A stretch of 64,000 nucleotides of DNA from Candidatus Obscuribacteraceae bacterium (GCA_044226015.1 JBGAHS010000007.1:320001-384000), one strand, 5' to 3'; positions 19,763-31,352 are shown, counted from the stretch's first letter. The notes: generated from the sequence alone by a model not told the origin. Program-made: numbers and translations.

Positions 19763-20947
19763 ATGAATACTGCAAAAGTCGTGATTGGGGCGAATTTTGG
19801 TGATGAAGGGAAAGGACTGATGACCGACTACTTCGCAAGTAAAAATGCGAAGAATTCTATTGTGGTGCGCTTTAACGGAGGCTGCCAGGCTGGGCACACC
19901 GTTCAAACACCAGAGGGCAAACGTCATGTCTTTAGCCACTTTTCCTCTGCTACATTGGTGAATTGTCCAACATTCTTGTCTCGTTTCTTCATTGTCAACC
20001 CGATGTTCTTTGTCAAAGAGCTCGCATCTCTCAGGCTGCTGGGAGTTGACCCTACTGTGTTTGTTGACCCGCGTGCTATCGTGAGCACACCTTTCGACGT
20101 TTTTTTGAATCAGTTGCTTGAGACTAAGAGAGGCACTAAGCGGCATGGAAGTTGTGGACTAGGCATAAACGAAACTGTCAGTCGCTGCTACCGTGAAATT
20201 TCTTTCAAGACGACTGTAGCTGAGCTCTTTGATCTTGAAAGCTTTAAGCGTAAGCTTCGACACATTCAAGCAAACTGGCTTCCCTTGCGGTTAAAAGAAC
20301 TTGGTATCGCCGAGCAAGATAGTATGGTGCTTTCGTTTTTGAGCATGAGCGAACAAATTATTGATCGCTTTTTGTCGGATGTATCTGAATTTCTGCTTGA
20401 AACTGTTTGTTCGGAAAAGATTCCAGGGAAAAGAGAGATCATCTTTGAGGGTGCTCAGGGGTTGCTTCTTGATGAATTCAGAATTGATAACTTTCCGCAT
20501 TTAACAAGGTCACGGACAGGGCTAAGCAATGTAATTGTGCTTGCCCGGGAAATGCAAGTTGAGCATCTCGAAGTGACTTATGTAAGCCGTACTTATTTGA
20601 CTCGGCACGGAGCCGGACCATTAAAGAACGAGGCACAATGGTCTTTGCGGGATGACACCAATGTTCCAAATCAGTTTCAGGGCAGTCTGCGATTTGCAGA
20701 TCTTGATCTTGATCAACTTCGGTATGCCGTCAGTCTCGACTTGAATGCAGCACGCTATCAATTTCCGAATATAACAGCGCATATGGCATTGACTTGTGCC
20801 GATCAGCTTGCATTGCCCGAGTCGACAAGCCTCCCGTTGCCTTTGAAGTATGTGGCTTTCGGACCAACACGTGTCGACGTAAGAATGATAGAAAAAGAAT
20901 TTGACAGTCCCCGCGAAAGAGCTTTAGCATCAACTGCTGTCGTTTGA
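19763..20947 (+). CDS. Adenylosuccinate synthetase-like (PurA-family) protein, divergent
   Basis: GANFGDEGKG, RFNGGCQAGHT, FEGAQGLLLD, TRHGAGP; TCAD replaces the canonical TKLD. GAGGAG RBS before ATG 19763. Confidence 0.85.
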   Translation: MNTAKVVIGANFGDEGKGLMTDYFASKNAKNSIVVRFNGGCQAGHTVQTPEGKRHVFSHFSSATLVNCPTFLSRFFIVNPMFFVKELASLRLLGVDPTVFVDPRAIVSTPFDVFLNQLLETKRGTKRHGSCGLGINETVSRCYREISFKTTVAELFDLESFKRKLRHIQANWLPLRLKELGIAEQDSMVLSFLSMSEQIIDRFLSDVSEFLLETVCSEKIPGKREIIFEGAQGLLLDEFRIDNFPHLTRSRTGLSNVIVLAREMQVEHLEVTYVSRTYLTRHGAGPLKNEAQWSLRDDTNVPNQFQGSLRFADLDLDQLRYAVSLDLNAARYQFPNITAHMALTCADQLALPESTSLPLPLKYVAFGPTRVDVRMIEKEFDSPRERALASTAVV

Positions 20948-21936
20948 GATATTTGGGGGCATGCTTGAAAACTCGTTTGTTGGTCGCAGCATCAGCTGCA
21001 CTCACGTTGATGACCAGTCTGTCTCCGAGTTCTTTTTCATCTGAGCGCATCAAACTTTTAGGCACGAGCGGTCATAGCGAGTATGCTCTTTCCAACCTCA
21101 AGAATTCCGCATCTAATTCTAAAGGTGAACTATCGCCGCTTGGTCTACAGTTCGCGACTAAGTTGGGACTACTTCCAAAGATTCAACGTCTGCAAGCCTT
21201 GCGTTCTCAACCTAACCTGGATGCATCAGGAAACGTCGAAATGCTTATGGTCAAGCAAGATTTGCTCGAATCAATTGTCATAGCAGCGGAAGAATTACGT
21301 ACTGTTGTTGCTCGAGTAAGTAGTGAGATTGCTGATACGTCTGAAGTTCATGCGCACTTATCTGAGAGAAGAGACAGAGCCGTCCGAATCAATACTTATG
21401 CTAACCTTGTCAGCGGTGGCATTACTGGTATGGTCGGAGGTGGGCTCAAGTTGGGTGATGTTAATCACATAAGTCCTGATTTGATTGATACCACCGAAGG
21501 TGTCATCCAGACAGCCTTAGCTACGTGGGCGCTTGCTCAGCAAAGAGGAGAAGAGCGCTACATGCGCAAAACCCCTAGCTTATTAGCTCATTTGATGAAC
21601 AGTAGCTCCGAGTTGTCGTCTGACTTTCCCACTAGTGTCTGGGCGTACCTCAATCTTCCTGCAAGAAATAACAATGACACCATCGTCAAAAGTTTAGTTG
21701 ATCGATGGTTTACATTGAATCTCTGTCTGAAACACTCAGGTCATCGTGAATCAAGAGCTTCCAGGCAGTTGCGCATTTCCAATGATGAGAAGAAGAATTC
21801 TAAGGTGACGATAGACGTGCTTGAAGACAGAATGGCAATGCTTTCCGACCTTCGAGCCTGCATTGAGCAGATGGACTTTCTCATTTTAGAATTGATGCAA
21901 TCTGTTAGAGGCAATCGCACCGTGCCGACTAACTAG
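20944..21936 (+). CDS. Hypothetical secreted helical protein
   Basis: 330-aa ORF with a signal-like N-terminus and a Gly-rich hydrophobic hairpin; start uncertain. Confidence 0.6.
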   Translation: MRYLGACLKTRLLVAASAALTLMTSLSPSSFSSERIKLLGTSGHSEYALSNLKNSASNSKGELSPLGLQFATKLGLLPKIQRLQALRSQPNLDASGNVEMLMVKQDLLESIVIAAEELRTVVARVSSEIADTSEVHAHLSERRDRAVRINTYANLVSGGITGMVGGGLKLGDVNHISPDLIDTTEGVIQTALATWALAQQRGEERYMRKTPSLLAHLMNSSSELSSDFPTSVWAYLNLPARNNNDTIVKSLVDRWFTLNLCLKHSGHRESRASRQLRISNDEKKNSKVTIDVLEDRMAMLSDLRACIEQMDFLILELMQSVRGNRTVPTN

Positions 21937-23275
21937 TTGAAGTGTTTCGTGCTTTTCGTTTAAATAGTTTTCTCATTCTCACCACTGCGCGAGCGCCGCG
22001 TTTTGAATTAGTTGTGCGCAGTTCTTTCGCCCGTTCTCTGTTCGCTGCTGCAAGCCGCTGAACCGGTTTTACAAGGCGCAAGAGCGGACTTTCACAGAAG
22101 TGTTCTCCATGAACATTTACGGTTCCGCTGAATTCTGCCTTGATCAACTTCTGAACTATTTCCATAGCGGCATTTGGATGACCCATAGCAAGCGAATTCT
22201 CCTGCATCTGGAGAAACTTTTCCTTGTCATCGAGAAGTCGGTCAATTTTGAAAGCTAGCGCAGGCAAATTATTGCAGCGAATAGCCACGCCTTCCTCCAG
22301 TAAATGATCTGAATTGCGTTCCTCTTGTCCGGGAATCGGATTTACTATTGTAAAAACAAGACCTTTTGCTAGAGCTTCAGAACTGGTTAAGCCGCCTGGT
22401 TTGCCGAGCAGGATATCTGATGCAGACATTAACTCGTCCATTTTGTCTGTGTAGCCAACTGGCTTGATAATAACATTGCTGTCTGCGAAATCTCGCTGTG
22501 ATACATAGTCAAGCTTCTCCTTCAGCTCAGGATTACGTCCGCATAGAGCTAGAACCTGACATTTATTGTGCATGTCTTTGAGCGAATAAAGTATGTCTTG
22601 GACAGGTCCGACCCCAAAGCCACCTGCAGAAAGGAGGATGGTCGGCAGCTCTTGCTTCAGTCCGTATTTCGCTCGCATTTCTGCTTTGCCTTTTCGTTCG
22701 GCAAAAACAGGGTCGATTGGAATACCTGAAACTGTCACTCTTTCGGGAGCCACACCTAGCTTGCGTAAATGTTCTCTTGTTTCATCGAGAGCTACAAAAT
22801 ACTCATCAAAGTGCCTGCACAACCACATTGCATGCATATCAAAATCTGTCACAACGACAGCCTGTCGGGAGTCGATTTTCTTTTTGCAGAGAAGCCATGA
22901 AATAATTTCTGCTGGTAAAAAATGCGTGCACACGACCAGGTCTGCATCATAATCGCGAAGGAGTTTTGCTAAAGGCATAGTATTCAATCTGTCGAAGGCT
23001 AATCTTTGTCCTTCATCTTTCCATGGAACATCTGCCGTGTCATACAAAATTCCAAGAACAGTGGGTGCTTTGTTCACCATGTCTATGTAGCCACGTGAGT
23101 AAATATTTCTCAGAACTGGATTTGTGTATTCCAGTGCATCCACGTGCTGAACTTCTTTTGCGGTGCCGCTAAGCTTGAACGCTTTTTCCATTGCTTGACC
23201 AGCTCGTACGTGCCCTGCTCCGGCAGAAGCGGAGAGTATTAGTACGCGATTGAGCAATGGTTGTGAAGTTTCCAT
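21929..23275 (-). CDS. MGDG synthase/UgtP-like diacylglycerol glycosyltransferase (GT28)
   Basis: SASAGAGH, VCTHFLP, VVTDF..H..W, GIPI, KPGGLT.SEA, PGQEERN. Confidence 0.9.
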   Translation of the reverse strand: METSQPLLNRVLILSASAGAGHVRAGQAMEKAFKLSGTAKEVQHVDALEYTNPVLRNIYSRGYIDMVNKAPTVLGILYDTADVPWKDEGQRLAFDRLNTMPLAKLLRDYDADLVVCTHFLPAEIISWLLCKKKIDSRQAVVVTDFDMHAMWLCRHFDEYFVALDETREHLRKLGVAPERVTVSGIPIDPVFAERKGKAEMRAKYGLKQELPTILLSAGGFGVGPVQDILYSLKDMHNKCQVLALCGRNPELKEKLDYVSQRDFADSNVIIKPVGYTDKMDELMSASDILLGKPGGLTSSEALAKGLVFTIVNPIPGQEERNSDHLLEEGVAIRCNNLPALAFKIDRLLDDKEKFLQMQENSLAMGHPNAAMEIVQKLIKAEFSGTVNVHGEHFCESPLLRLVKPVQRLAAANRERAKELRTTNSKRGARAVVRMRKLFKRKARNTSTS

Positions 23276-23323
23276 AGGTTTCCTTTGATATTCGAGACTC
23301 ACATACGACTGTCTCAGATTTCC

Positions 23324-23358
23324 TAAATGAACTGTTCCCCACCCTCACAGTTCATTTA
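23324..23358 (-). terminator. Stem-loop downstream of fumC, possible terminator
   Basis: 12-bp perfect inverted repeat TAAATGAACTGT/ACAGTTCATTTA; no clear U-tract. Confidence 0.4.
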
Positions 23359-23409
23359 ATGTTCTTTCGTCTTCACTTATGATTCCCTTTATTCATTATA
23401 ACGAACTGC

Positions 23410-24813
23410 TCAGGGTGAAATCATTTTTTCTGCACGAACAAAACGGTCAAAGTCCTCAGCAGAGAGGAATCCCAGCTTTGTACATGCTTCCCTGAGGCTG
23501 CTGTTGTCTACATAGGCTTGATGCGCGACTTGCGCGGATTTGTCATAGCCGATGTGTGGCGTCAACGCTGTTACGAGCATGAGTGAGCTATCGACATAAG
23601 TTTTGATTTTGGCTTCATTCGCCTCTATTCCCGTCACAAGATATTTTACGAAAAGAGGCATGGCATCTGATAAAAGTCGAATCGAATGAAGAAAATTGTG
23701 GATGATTACAGGCTTGAATACGTTTAGCTCAAAGTTGCCCTGGCTGCCGGCAATGCCAATTGCTGCGTCGTTTCCCATTACCTGCACCGCAATCATTGTC
23801 ATAGCTTCGCACTGAGTAGGATTTACTTTGCCTGGCATAATCGATGAGCCGGGCTCATTTTCAGGCAATTGAAGCTCTGCCAGTCCGCATCTAGGACCCG
23901 AACCCAGCCATCTTAAATCGTTTGAGATTTTCATTAGACTGCACGCCAGCGTCTTCAGTGCTCCACTTGCGAAAACAAGTGCATCATGTGCCGCGAGTGC
24001 TGCAAACTTGTTTTGCGCTGAAGTGAAGGGCTGCCCTGTTTCTTTTGCAATCTGCCGCGCTGCCATTTCAGCAAACAGAGGGTGGGTGTTGAGTCCCGTG
24101 CCTACTGCTGTTCCACCAATCGCCAGCTCACATAGCCCCGGTACAGCAAGTTCAATCCTCTTCACATTGTCATCCAATTGGCAGATATAGCCGGAGAATT
24201 CCTGTTCCAACGTCATCGGTACCGCATCCATGAGATGTGTTCTTCCAATTTTCACGATCTCTTTAAATCGTGATGCTTTATCTTTCAACGCAGCACTAAG
24301 TGCCTTCAGTGCCGGGAGTAGGCGCTTGTTTATTTGTTCGACTGCTGCAATGTGCATTGCTGTTGGAAAAGTATCGTTTGATGATTGCGACCTGTTGACG
24401 TGATCGTTTGGGTGCACAGGGGTTTTGCTGCCCATGATACCGCCGCTGATTTCTATAGCTCGATTTGAAATTACTTCATTGGCATTCATATTGCTCTGCG
24501 TTCCGCTGCCGGTTTGCCATATGCGCAGAGGAAACTCCTCATCGAGTTTTCCTTCAATAACTTCATCGGCTGCTTCTGTGATCAATTTGGCAATATCTTT
24601 GGAGAGAAGCCCTAGCTCTGCATTCACAAGTGCTGCACTTTTTTTGAGAATTCCAATTGCGCGAATCATTTCTCTCGGCAAAACATCGTTTCCAATCGCA
24701 AAGTGAATCAGCGAGCGCTGCGTCTGAGCTCCCCAGTATCTGTCAGCTGGTACTTCGATTTTTCCCATGCTATCTGATTCAGTTCTCATAAGACTTTCGT
24801 TTGCATCAGACAT
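23410..24813 (-). CDS. fumC: Class II fumarate hydratase
   Basis: [43 protein letters not shown] signature. True start ATG 24813 with an AGGAG RBS. Confidence 0.97.
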   Translation of the reverse strand: MSDANESLMRTESDSMGKIEVPADRYWGAQTQRSLIHFAIGNDVLPREMIRAIGILKKSAALVNAELGLLSKDIAKLITEAADEVIEGKLDEEFPLRIWQTGSGTQSNMNANEVISNRAIEISGGIMGSKTPVHPNDHVNRSQSSNDTFPTAMHIAAVEQINKRLLPALKALSAALKDKASRFKEIVKIGRTHLMDAVPMTLEQEFSGYICQLDDNVKRIELAVPGLCELAIGGTAVGTGLNTHPLFAEMAARQIAKETGQPFTSAQNKFAALAAHDALVFASGALKTLACSLMKISNDLRWLGSGPRCGLAELQLPENEPGSSIMPGKVNPTQCEAMTMIAVQVMGNDAAIGIAGSQGNFELNVFKPVIIHNFLHSIRLLSDAMPLFVKYLVTGIEANEAKIKTYVDSSLMLVTALTPHIGYDKSAQVAHQAYVDNSSLREACTKLGFLSAEDFDRFVRAEKMISP

Positions 24814-24951
24814 GGCAGCTCTCCTGTTGTTTTGAGCGAGTATAGCCGAAGACCATGCTTGCGGGTGCTTGACATAACTGCATCCAATCACGGAGAGATC
24901 TTGTATACTGTGAGCCGAGCAAGGTAGAACGTATCGGCAAAGGAGTTTCCA

Positions 24952-26040
24952 GTGCGTATTGTAGTTTTTGGCGGCGGGATGCAAGGATGTGTAATCGCGA
25001 AGAATCTCGCAGATCGCCCTGAGAAGCCTGAGGTTATCGTCGCTGACCTGGTCAAGCCCGTTGCCCTTCCGTCCGGTGTTAGTTCTGTCATAGCTGATGT
25101 TACTGACCCGGCACAGGCTAAGAAAATTGCAGATGGCGCTGACGTTGCGGTATTGGCTGTGCCGAGTAGAATTGCGCATCAAGCTTTGCTGAATCTCATT
25201 CAAGCTGGCGTTGCTGTTGCAGATGTTTGCTTCACCCCTGACCCTCCGCTTGATCTGGCAGACTTAGCAAAGAAAAATGGTTCTTGTTGCGTTATTGACT
25301 GCGGAGTTGCCCCAGGACTCAGTCACCTTCTTGTTGGTAGCGCTTATCATAAGCTTGGTGGATTAGATAGTGTGAAGATTTACGTTGGCGGTGTGCCCCA
25401 AAATCCTCCAGCAGCGTTCAGGCATGCGGTTTATTTCAATCCGCACGATTTGATGTCGGAATACATCAGACCAGCTCGCGCTCGGCATGAAGGGCAAAAT
25501 ATTGAACCGCATCCGATGGCTGCACCTTTTGAAAAATTCATGGACAGTGAACTCGGCGAAATGCAGTCTTTCTTGAGTGATGGTTTAAGAACTTTGCTAA
25601 CAAGCTATCCCGAAATTCCATTTATGGAAGAACGCACTTTGCGCTGGCCTGGACACCTCGACACAATGAAGACACTCCATACAATGGGCTTCCTTGACGA
25701 TCCAGTTGCGTGTCCTGCGATTACCAACACGCTCGGGGCAAATTATCCTGCTGAGAGATTTCAGGACGTTTTGCTAATGAAAGTTGAAGCGCATAAAGGT
25801 AAGGACAAGCTAGAGTGGCGATTAATTGATCGCTTCCATGACGGAATGACTGCCATGAGCAGAACTACGGCATTCACTACTGCCGCCACAGCGATGGTTC
25901 TGGCAAGAAAGCAATTTACTGAGCCGGGTATTCATCCTCCCGAGCACCTTGGACACAAGGACGATGTCACTCAAGCGATGTTGAAAGACTTGCATGAGCA
26001 TGGTGTTATCGTGAAGGATTTGACCCCCAGTAAGGCTTAA
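24952..26040 (+). CDS. Saccharopine dehydrogenase/lysine 6-dehydrogenase family protein
   Basis: GGGMQG Rossmann motif, [30 protein letters not shown]. Confidence 0.85.
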   Translation: MRIVVFGGGMQGCVIAKNLADRPEKPEVIVADLVKPVALPSGVSSVIADVTDPAQAKKIADGADVAVLAVPSRIAHQALLNLIQAGVAVADVCFTPDPPLDLADLAKKNGSCCVIDCGVAPGLSHLLVGSAYHKLGGLDSVKIYVGGVPQNPPAAFRHAVYFNPHDLMSEYIRPARARHEGQNIEPHPMAAPFEKFMDSELGEMQSFLSDGLRTLLTSYPEIPFMEERTLRWPGHLDTMKTLHTMGFLDDPVACPAITNTLGANYPAERFQDVLLMKVEAHKGKDKLEWRLIDRFHDGMTAMSRTTAFTTAATAMVLARKQFTEPGIHPPEHLGHKDDVTQAMLKDLHEHGVIVKDLTPSKA

Positions 26041-26930
26041 AGTTTGCTCGGGTCTTTCAGTTTGACCAGTTGTTCGCCTCTTAGGATGCGTTCAGCGAAT
26101 TCTTTTACTGAAGATTGCTCACGAGAACAGCCTTGAGAGCGAACTACCTGAGCGTCGTCGTTTAAGAGCGATTGCAGTTTTGCTTTGCTGGCGTCTGGGT
26201 CCATCTGTTTCAGCAAAATTGCCCCATAGAGACGAGCCGCAGCTGACTGCGATTTGAACAAAGCTTGAGCTTCAGAATTAGCAGCCTTGCCCTCGCTCAA
26301 AAGAGTTTGAAATGCCTGCCAGATTGGTGATGGTTTGTTCGTGTCACCTTGCTGAAAATCAACCAGCACGCTTGCATTTTGAAGCACTTGAAACGCTTTC
26401 TCTTTGTCTATAATGGGAGTTTTATACTTGCAAAATTGTGAGTACGCGAAGTTCAGATATTTGCCTGTGTCATTCAGGCTTCTTGCGATTTCGCCTACGG
26501 TGCTGCTAGTGCCCTTGCATCCACTGTGATACTCAACTTTTGCATTGTCGTTTAGTAGTTTTTCAAAGGTCAGATTCTTTCCTACTCTGCCTTGTTCTGT
26601 GAGCAGGACTGCTGCATACAATCGCCCAGCGGGGCTGCCCTGGCTCATCACTATGTTGAGGTCGTCTATCGTTAGTTCGTTCAACATGGCGCTAGCTTGT
26701 TGATAAGCTACATAGTTTTCGCTTGGATGAGGGCTTTCGCCTCGCATACCGTCATCAAAAGAACTCGCTTTCATAAGCGTTTTCAAACAGTTGGGCCTAG
26801 AATTACTCATTTTCGTTTTCTCAATTGCCTTTGCTGCAGGCATATCGGTACTGAATGTCTGAGCCAATGGAATTGTTGTCAGAAGCAGAATTAGAATCAA
26901 TCTTCGTTTATTGTGCATTTTGGGAACCAC
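26037..26930 (-). CDS. Hypothetical secreted protein with two tandem copies of a ~90-aa helical domain
   Basis: Repeated pattern AS..D...G...S...A.Q....A.RLY.A.LL...LLND.A.V....GC. Confidence 0.65.
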   Translation of the reverse strand: MVPKMHNKRRLILILLLTTIPLAQTFSTDMPAAKAIEKTKMSNSRPNCLKTLMKASSFDDGMRGESPHPSENYVAYQQASAMLNELTIDDLNIVMSQGSPAGRLYAAVLLTEQGRVGKNLTFEKLLNDNAKVEYHSGCKGTSSTVGEIARSLNDTGKYLNFAYSQFCKYKTPIIDKEKAFQVLQNASVLVDFQQGDTNKPSPIWQAFQTLLSEGKAANSEAQALFKSQSAAARLYGAILLKQMDPDASKAKLQSLLNDDAQVVRSQGCSREQSSVKEFAERILRGEQLVKLKDPSKL

Positions 26931-27077
26931 AGGCTGTTAAACTCGTTGCATGTCTTATTCCCCAATGTGCGTTTCTAGAAAGGTCTCTGAGTTCAAACAA
27001 AAAAATCTTATGTTGCGTCTCAATTGTTTACCCAGGCGCTAAGTAAGCTCATAATTAGAGCGGAGGAATGCAGGGTC

Positions 27078-27905
27078 ATGAATGATCTACCCGGTCTAGT
27101 AATCGTTGTCGCTGGAGTTGCGATTGCCGCCATAGCATTTTTTGTGGTTCAGCGTCTAGCTAAGCCGATTGATATGGAACAGCATCAGAGTTTTCTTGAT
27201 GCAATGTTGAATATCGTAGGGACTCTCGTTTCTATTTTGCTTGGGCTGCTAGTGGCAGCAGCATTAGATCACTATCAAACTTTGGAGCAGAACATTGATG
27301 CAGAGGCAGCCAATGTTTTTCATCTCTGTCGATTGTCTCTAGGATTGCCTCCTGAAAGAGCAACGAAGATACGGCAGTTGGCAGCTCAGTATTGCGACGA
27401 AGTCGTGAATGACGAATGGCCAGCAATGGCAGATGGTAAGGGTAGCGAAAAGGTATCGCTGACGCTTGTGAAAATCGTCGGAGAAGTTGTTCAGTTTCAT
27501 CCAATCAATGATGGTCAGTCGAATTTACACAATGCCATGCTCGCTTCTATGCAACAGATTAGTGATTCTCGTCGGCAGCGCTTACTTGTCTTGCATAGCA
27601 GTTGGTCGCGTCATTTGCTACCTATCTTGTTGATGTGCGCTCTCATAGTTTTGGTATTTGCATTCCTGTATATGAGACGAGGAGCACGGCTTCATGGTGT
27701 CTTGATTTGTTTTGTCGCCCTTGCTCTCGGTGGAAATATCGGATTAGTTTATGTGCTAAGCAATCCATTTAATGGGGATTGGAAAATTGAACCGAAAGGG
27801 TTTGAGATGAATCAGGAAATAATCCGAGAGATAAAAGCGAACCCGGCACTCTTCAAGATTCTGTCTCCAACCGTGCCTGTTGGAACCAGTGTTGAGCCTA
27901 AGTAG
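27078..27905 (+). CDS. DUF4239-like (bestrophin-like) membrane protein
   Basis: Four TM segments, EA..., Y...VV.DEWPAM, R..RL, L..PF.G...I.P. Confidence 0.75.
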   Translation: MNDLPGLVIVVAGVAIAAIAFFVVQRLAKPIDMEQHQSFLDAMLNIVGTLVSILLGLLVAAALDHYQTLEQNIDAEAANVFHLCRLSLGLPPERATKIRQLAAQYCDEVVNDEWPAMADGKGSEKVSLTLVKIVGEVVQFHPINDGQSNLHNAMLASMQQISDSRRQRLLVLHSSWSRHLLPILLMCALIVLVFAFLYMRRGARLHGVLICFVALALGGNIGLVYVLSNPFNGDWKIEPKGFEMNQEIIREIKANPALFKILSPTVPVGTSVEPK

Positions 27906-27910
27906 GAGCT

Positions 27911-29119
27911 TTAGCTGGATTTCTTTTTTTCCTTTTTCTGTTTGCTTTTCGTCTTCGTCATTCTTGTGACACCAAATATAGTGGCGATTATTGTGAGGAG
28001 CAGAAAGAGATAACTTGCCGTGTCCTTCCTGAGCAGTAGGTCGAGAACTTGCCCTGTAAGCGGAATCGGTTCCTCGTAAACTTTGAGAAGTGTGTTCCTG
28101 TCTCTAGTCGTTATCGTTTTTATTGGGTCAGAAATTGGTGTGGAAAAGTACATCAGATCCTTTGGCTCAACGCTGTGTCCGGCAAGCCCCAGTGCGTGAC
28201 CAACCTCATGTCTGCATGTTGTCGTTACCGTATTGCTGGTTAGAGGAAAGCTGCCTTGGGATTCTCTACAGCGCAGAGCGATTTTGGCGTGCGTTAAAGC
28301 ACCCTGCCTTATTAGGGTTTGCGTATTCCCGTTTTCAGTGCCGTTGCCCAGTTCGGAGGGGTCATTAGTCCACCGGCAATCGATGTCAGAATCTTGAAGT
28401 GAGTCAACGAATCGAAAAGTAATTCGTTTGTTTGAGGACTTTTCCCAATCAATGAAAGCTTGCCTTAAGAACGTATCGTAGTCGGACTTGTAACCTTCTA
28501 CGTCGCTGTCTGGAATCGCGATAAAGACTTTCAGCGGCATGTGCCAATCTGACCAGCGCGCTCGATGTTCTCCAATTACGTCTCTAAAGTAATCTGCTTC
28601 TGCAACCTTAGAGCCAGCTTTGCTACGCCTCTTTTGCTCTTTTTCAAGTAACTCCAATGTCGAGTTGCTTATTGAGGATCCTTCGTCATTACGTGCTATA
28701 TAAAGCTTCATCGTTTTTATAGCGTTATTCAGATCGCCTGTTGTTTGATAAAACGAGGCAAGATTCAGTAAAGCAGTGGGCGGGCAATCGTCTGCCTCTG
28801 CGCTGGCCTTCAGATGAACCAGTGCTTCCTTGTCATTGCCTATGCGAGCAAGAACAATTCCCAGATTTGCATGAGCCAGCGAATAGTGTGGATCATAAGT
28901 CAACGCTCTCTTAAGCCGAGAAATCGCCAGCTCCAGGTTGTTTTCTTTTATTAGTGAGCAAGCTTCACGAACCTGAAGAGCTGCGTTGTAAACATTTCTT
29001 GGTACGTTTTTTCCATTGACCCTATATAGTTCATCGGAAAAACAACTGCAGCTAAAAAGCAAATTGGTCAGAACCAAAAACGCAGTACCAGCAAAATATT
29101 TCGATAAGTTCTTGAGCAT
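27911..29119 (-). CDS. TPR-repeat plus matrixin (M10) metalloprotease with C-terminal TM anchor
   Basis: TPR helices, HEVGHALGLAGHS, Met-turn DLMY. Confidence 0.88.
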   Translation of the reverse strand: MLKNLSKYFAGTAFLVLTNLLFSCSCFSDELYRVNGKNVPRNVYNAALQVREACSLIKENNLELAISRLKRALTYDPHYSLAHANLGIVLARIGNDKEALVHLKASAEADDCPPTALLNLASFYQTTGDLNNAIKTMKLYIARNDEGSSISNSTLELLEKEQKRRSKAGSKVAEADYFRDVIGEHRARWSDWHMPLKVFIAIPDSDVEGYKSDYDTFLRQAFIDWEKSSNKRITFRFVDSLQDSDIDCRWTNDPSELGNGTENGNTQTLIRQGALTHAKIALRCRESQGSFPLTSNTVTTTCRHEVGHALGLAGHSVEPKDLMYFSTPISDPIKTITTRDRNTLLKVYEEPIPLTGQVLDLLLRKDTASYLFLLLTIIATIFGVTRMTKTKSKQKKEKKKSS

Positions 29120-29492
29120 AATTTGAATGCAATCAGTTACGGAGATGATATACCCAAAGTTATAGAGGAAAGCTAGCTGGCCAGTGCTCCTGTTCGAATT
29201 GGTCAGTTTCAGATTTTCAAATTCTCCACAATTCTGCTAATTAGGTTAGCGTGCTGGGTTTCAGCAACAGTCTGAAAGCTTGGTTTCATCTAATCTGTTC
29301 CCATTTAGTTTTTGCAACATTGCTTTGCAAAGTGGAATTCTCTTTATTCTGGTCAGAATCTCTAAAAGCCTCGGCCGCAAGTCTTTGTGTGGTTGTCATC
29401 CGGTTCTTCCAAAAGGATTAATACCTGCCAGGCACCATCAGGGACGCTCAAGGTGTAGGATTCATCAAGGTTCTATCTTAGGAGTTGTAGGC

Positions 29493-31352
29493 ATGACCGC
29501 GACAATGGAGAAAACTCAGCCTCCAGTAGAGGCTAGTTACGAAGTTAAACACCGCAGATTGCTCGACCTGGTGAACGAAGCCGCCAAGTTGTGCAATCCA
29601 GATCGCATTTATTGGTGCGATGGATCAGAAGAAGAATACAACAAGCTGTGTGAGCAGATGGTTGAGAGCGGAACATTTATCCGCCTGAATCAAAAACTGC
29701 GTCCAGGCAGCTTCCTGGCTCGTTCAGCCCCCTCCGATGTTGCAAGAGTCGAAGATAGAACTTTTGTATGCACCACTAAGAAAGACGACAGTGGCCCGAA
29801 CAATAACTGGATGGAGCCTGAGACTGCCAAAATAATTCTCAAAGACTTTTTCAAGAATTGTATGCGTGGCAGAACCATGTATGTTGTTCCATTCAGCATG
29901 GGACCTCTGGGTTCACCACTTTCCTACATCGGAGTTGAAATCACCGACTCACCGTATGTAGTTGTGAACATGAAGCATATGACCCGTATGGGCAAGCCGG
30001 TTATTGATGTTCTGGGTGATGATGGAAGATTCGTTCCTTGCTATCATTCAGTCGGACATCCGCTATCAGCAGGCGAACAAGATGTGCCATGGCCTTGTGA
30101 TGCTGAACATAAATACATTTGCCATTTCCCCGAAACCAAAGAGATCTGGTCCTATGGTTCAGGTTATGGTGGCAACGCGCTTCTAGGTAAGAAATGTTTG
30201 GCTCTCAGAATTGCGTCCACAATCGGTCGTGAAGAAGGTTGGCTGGCAGAGCACATGTTGATTCTCGGTGTTGAATCACCGAAGGGTGAAAAGTCTTACG
30301 TAGCAGCTGCTTTCCCGAGCGCTTGCGGGAAGACTAATTTCGCAATGTTAATTCCCCCGAAAGGATTTGATGGCTGGAAAGTCACCACTGTTGGTGACGA
30401 CATCGCCTGGATTCGTCCGGGTAAAGATGGAAAATTACATGCTATCAACCCTGAAGCGGGTTATTTCGGTGTAGCACCCGGAACGTCAGCTAAGACAAAT
30501 CCAAATGCATTGGCGACATTGAGCAAGAATTGCATATTCACCAACGTTGCCTTGACACCAGATGGTGATGTCTGGTGGGAAGGTCTTACAGACCAAGCTC
30601 CTGCTGAGTTAACAGATTGGCAAGGACGCAAGTGGACACCAGATTGCGGACGTAAGGCTGCGCATCCGAATAGCCGATTCACCGTATCCTCGACTCAGTG
30701 CCCATCAATTGACCCAGAATGGAACAATCCAGAAGGTGTTCCAATCGATGCATTTGTATTCGGTGGACGTCGCGCTACAGCGATCCCGCTGGTTGTAGAA
30801 GCATTCAACTGGAATTTCGGTGTGTATTTTGCTGCCATGTTAGGTTCTGAAACCACCGCAGCTGCTGAAGGCAAAGTCGGTCAGGTAAGACGCGATCCAA
30901 TGGCTATGTTGCCTTTCTGTGGATATCACATGGGTGATTACTTCAACCACTGGTTGAAAGTTGGTCATATGGTCAAGAATCCACCGCCGATTTTCTGTGT
31001 CAACTGGTTCCGCACAGATAAAGATGGCAACATCATGTGGCCTGGTTTCGGTGAAAACATGCGTGTTCTGAAGTGGTTCTCTGACCGTATTCATGGACGT
31101 GCAGGCGCCGTGCAAACCAACCTCGGTTGGATGCCGCGCTACGAAGACATCGATTGGCGTGGTCTTGAGCAATTCACTCGTGATCAATTCGCTGAGTTGA
31201 TGGAAATTGACACCAAGGTCTGGCAAAGTGAACTCGACTCTCATGAAGAGCTAGTCGACAAGTTGAAAGAGCGCATGCCAGAAGAACTTCTTCTAGCAAG
31301 ACAGATGCTTCAACTCGCTTTCGGTCGTTCACGACTGGTCAAGAAAGGCTAG
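29493..31352 (+). CDS. pckG: Phosphoenolpyruvate carboxykinase (GTP)
   Basis: [50 protein letters not shown] before ATG 29493. Confidence 0.97.
   Translation: MTATMEKTQPPVEASYEVKHRRLLDLVNEAAKLCNPDRIYWCDGSEEEYNKLCEQMVESGTFIRLNQKLRPGSFLARSAPSDVARVEDRTFVCTTKKDDSGPNNNWMEPETAKIILKDFFKNCMRGRTMYVVPFSMGPLGSPLSYIGVEITDSPYVVVNMKHMTRMGKPVIDVLGDDGRFVPCYHSVGHPLSAGEQDVPWPCDAEHKYICHFPETKEIWSYGSGYGGNALLGKKCLALRIASTIGREEGWLAEHMLILGVESPKGEKSYVAAAFPSACGKTNFAMLIPPKGFDGWKVTTVGDDIAWIRPGKDGKLHAINPEAGYFGVAPGTSAKTNPNALATLSKNCIFTNVALTPDGDVWWEGLTDQAPAELTDWQGRKWTPDCGRKAAHPNSRFTVSSTQCPSIDPEWNNPEGVPIDAFVFGGRRATAIPLVVEAFNWNFGVYFAAMLGSETTAAAEGKVGQVRRDPMAMLPFCGYHMGDYFNHWLKVGHMVKNPPPIFCVNWFRTDKDGNIMWPGFGENMRVLKWFSDRIHGRAGAVQTNLGWMPRYEDIDWRGLEQFTRDQFAELMEIDTKVWQSELDSHEELVDKLKERMPEELLLARQMLQLAFGRSRLVKKG

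Noticed and set aside
19763..20947. PurZ (2-aminoadenine pathway)
   Set aside because: The catalytic Asp of GDEGKG is retained, and there are no datZ, mazZ or phage polymerase neighbours.
24814..25203. 130-aa N-terminal extension of FumC in the ORF track
   Set aside because: It overlaps the divergent dehydrogenase gene; RBS and homology start at 24813. Similar over-extensions were trimmed for pckG, the LysR gene, the hydratase and the ADH.
29360..29490. Riboswitch in the pckG leader
   Set aside because: No known aptamer motif recognised.
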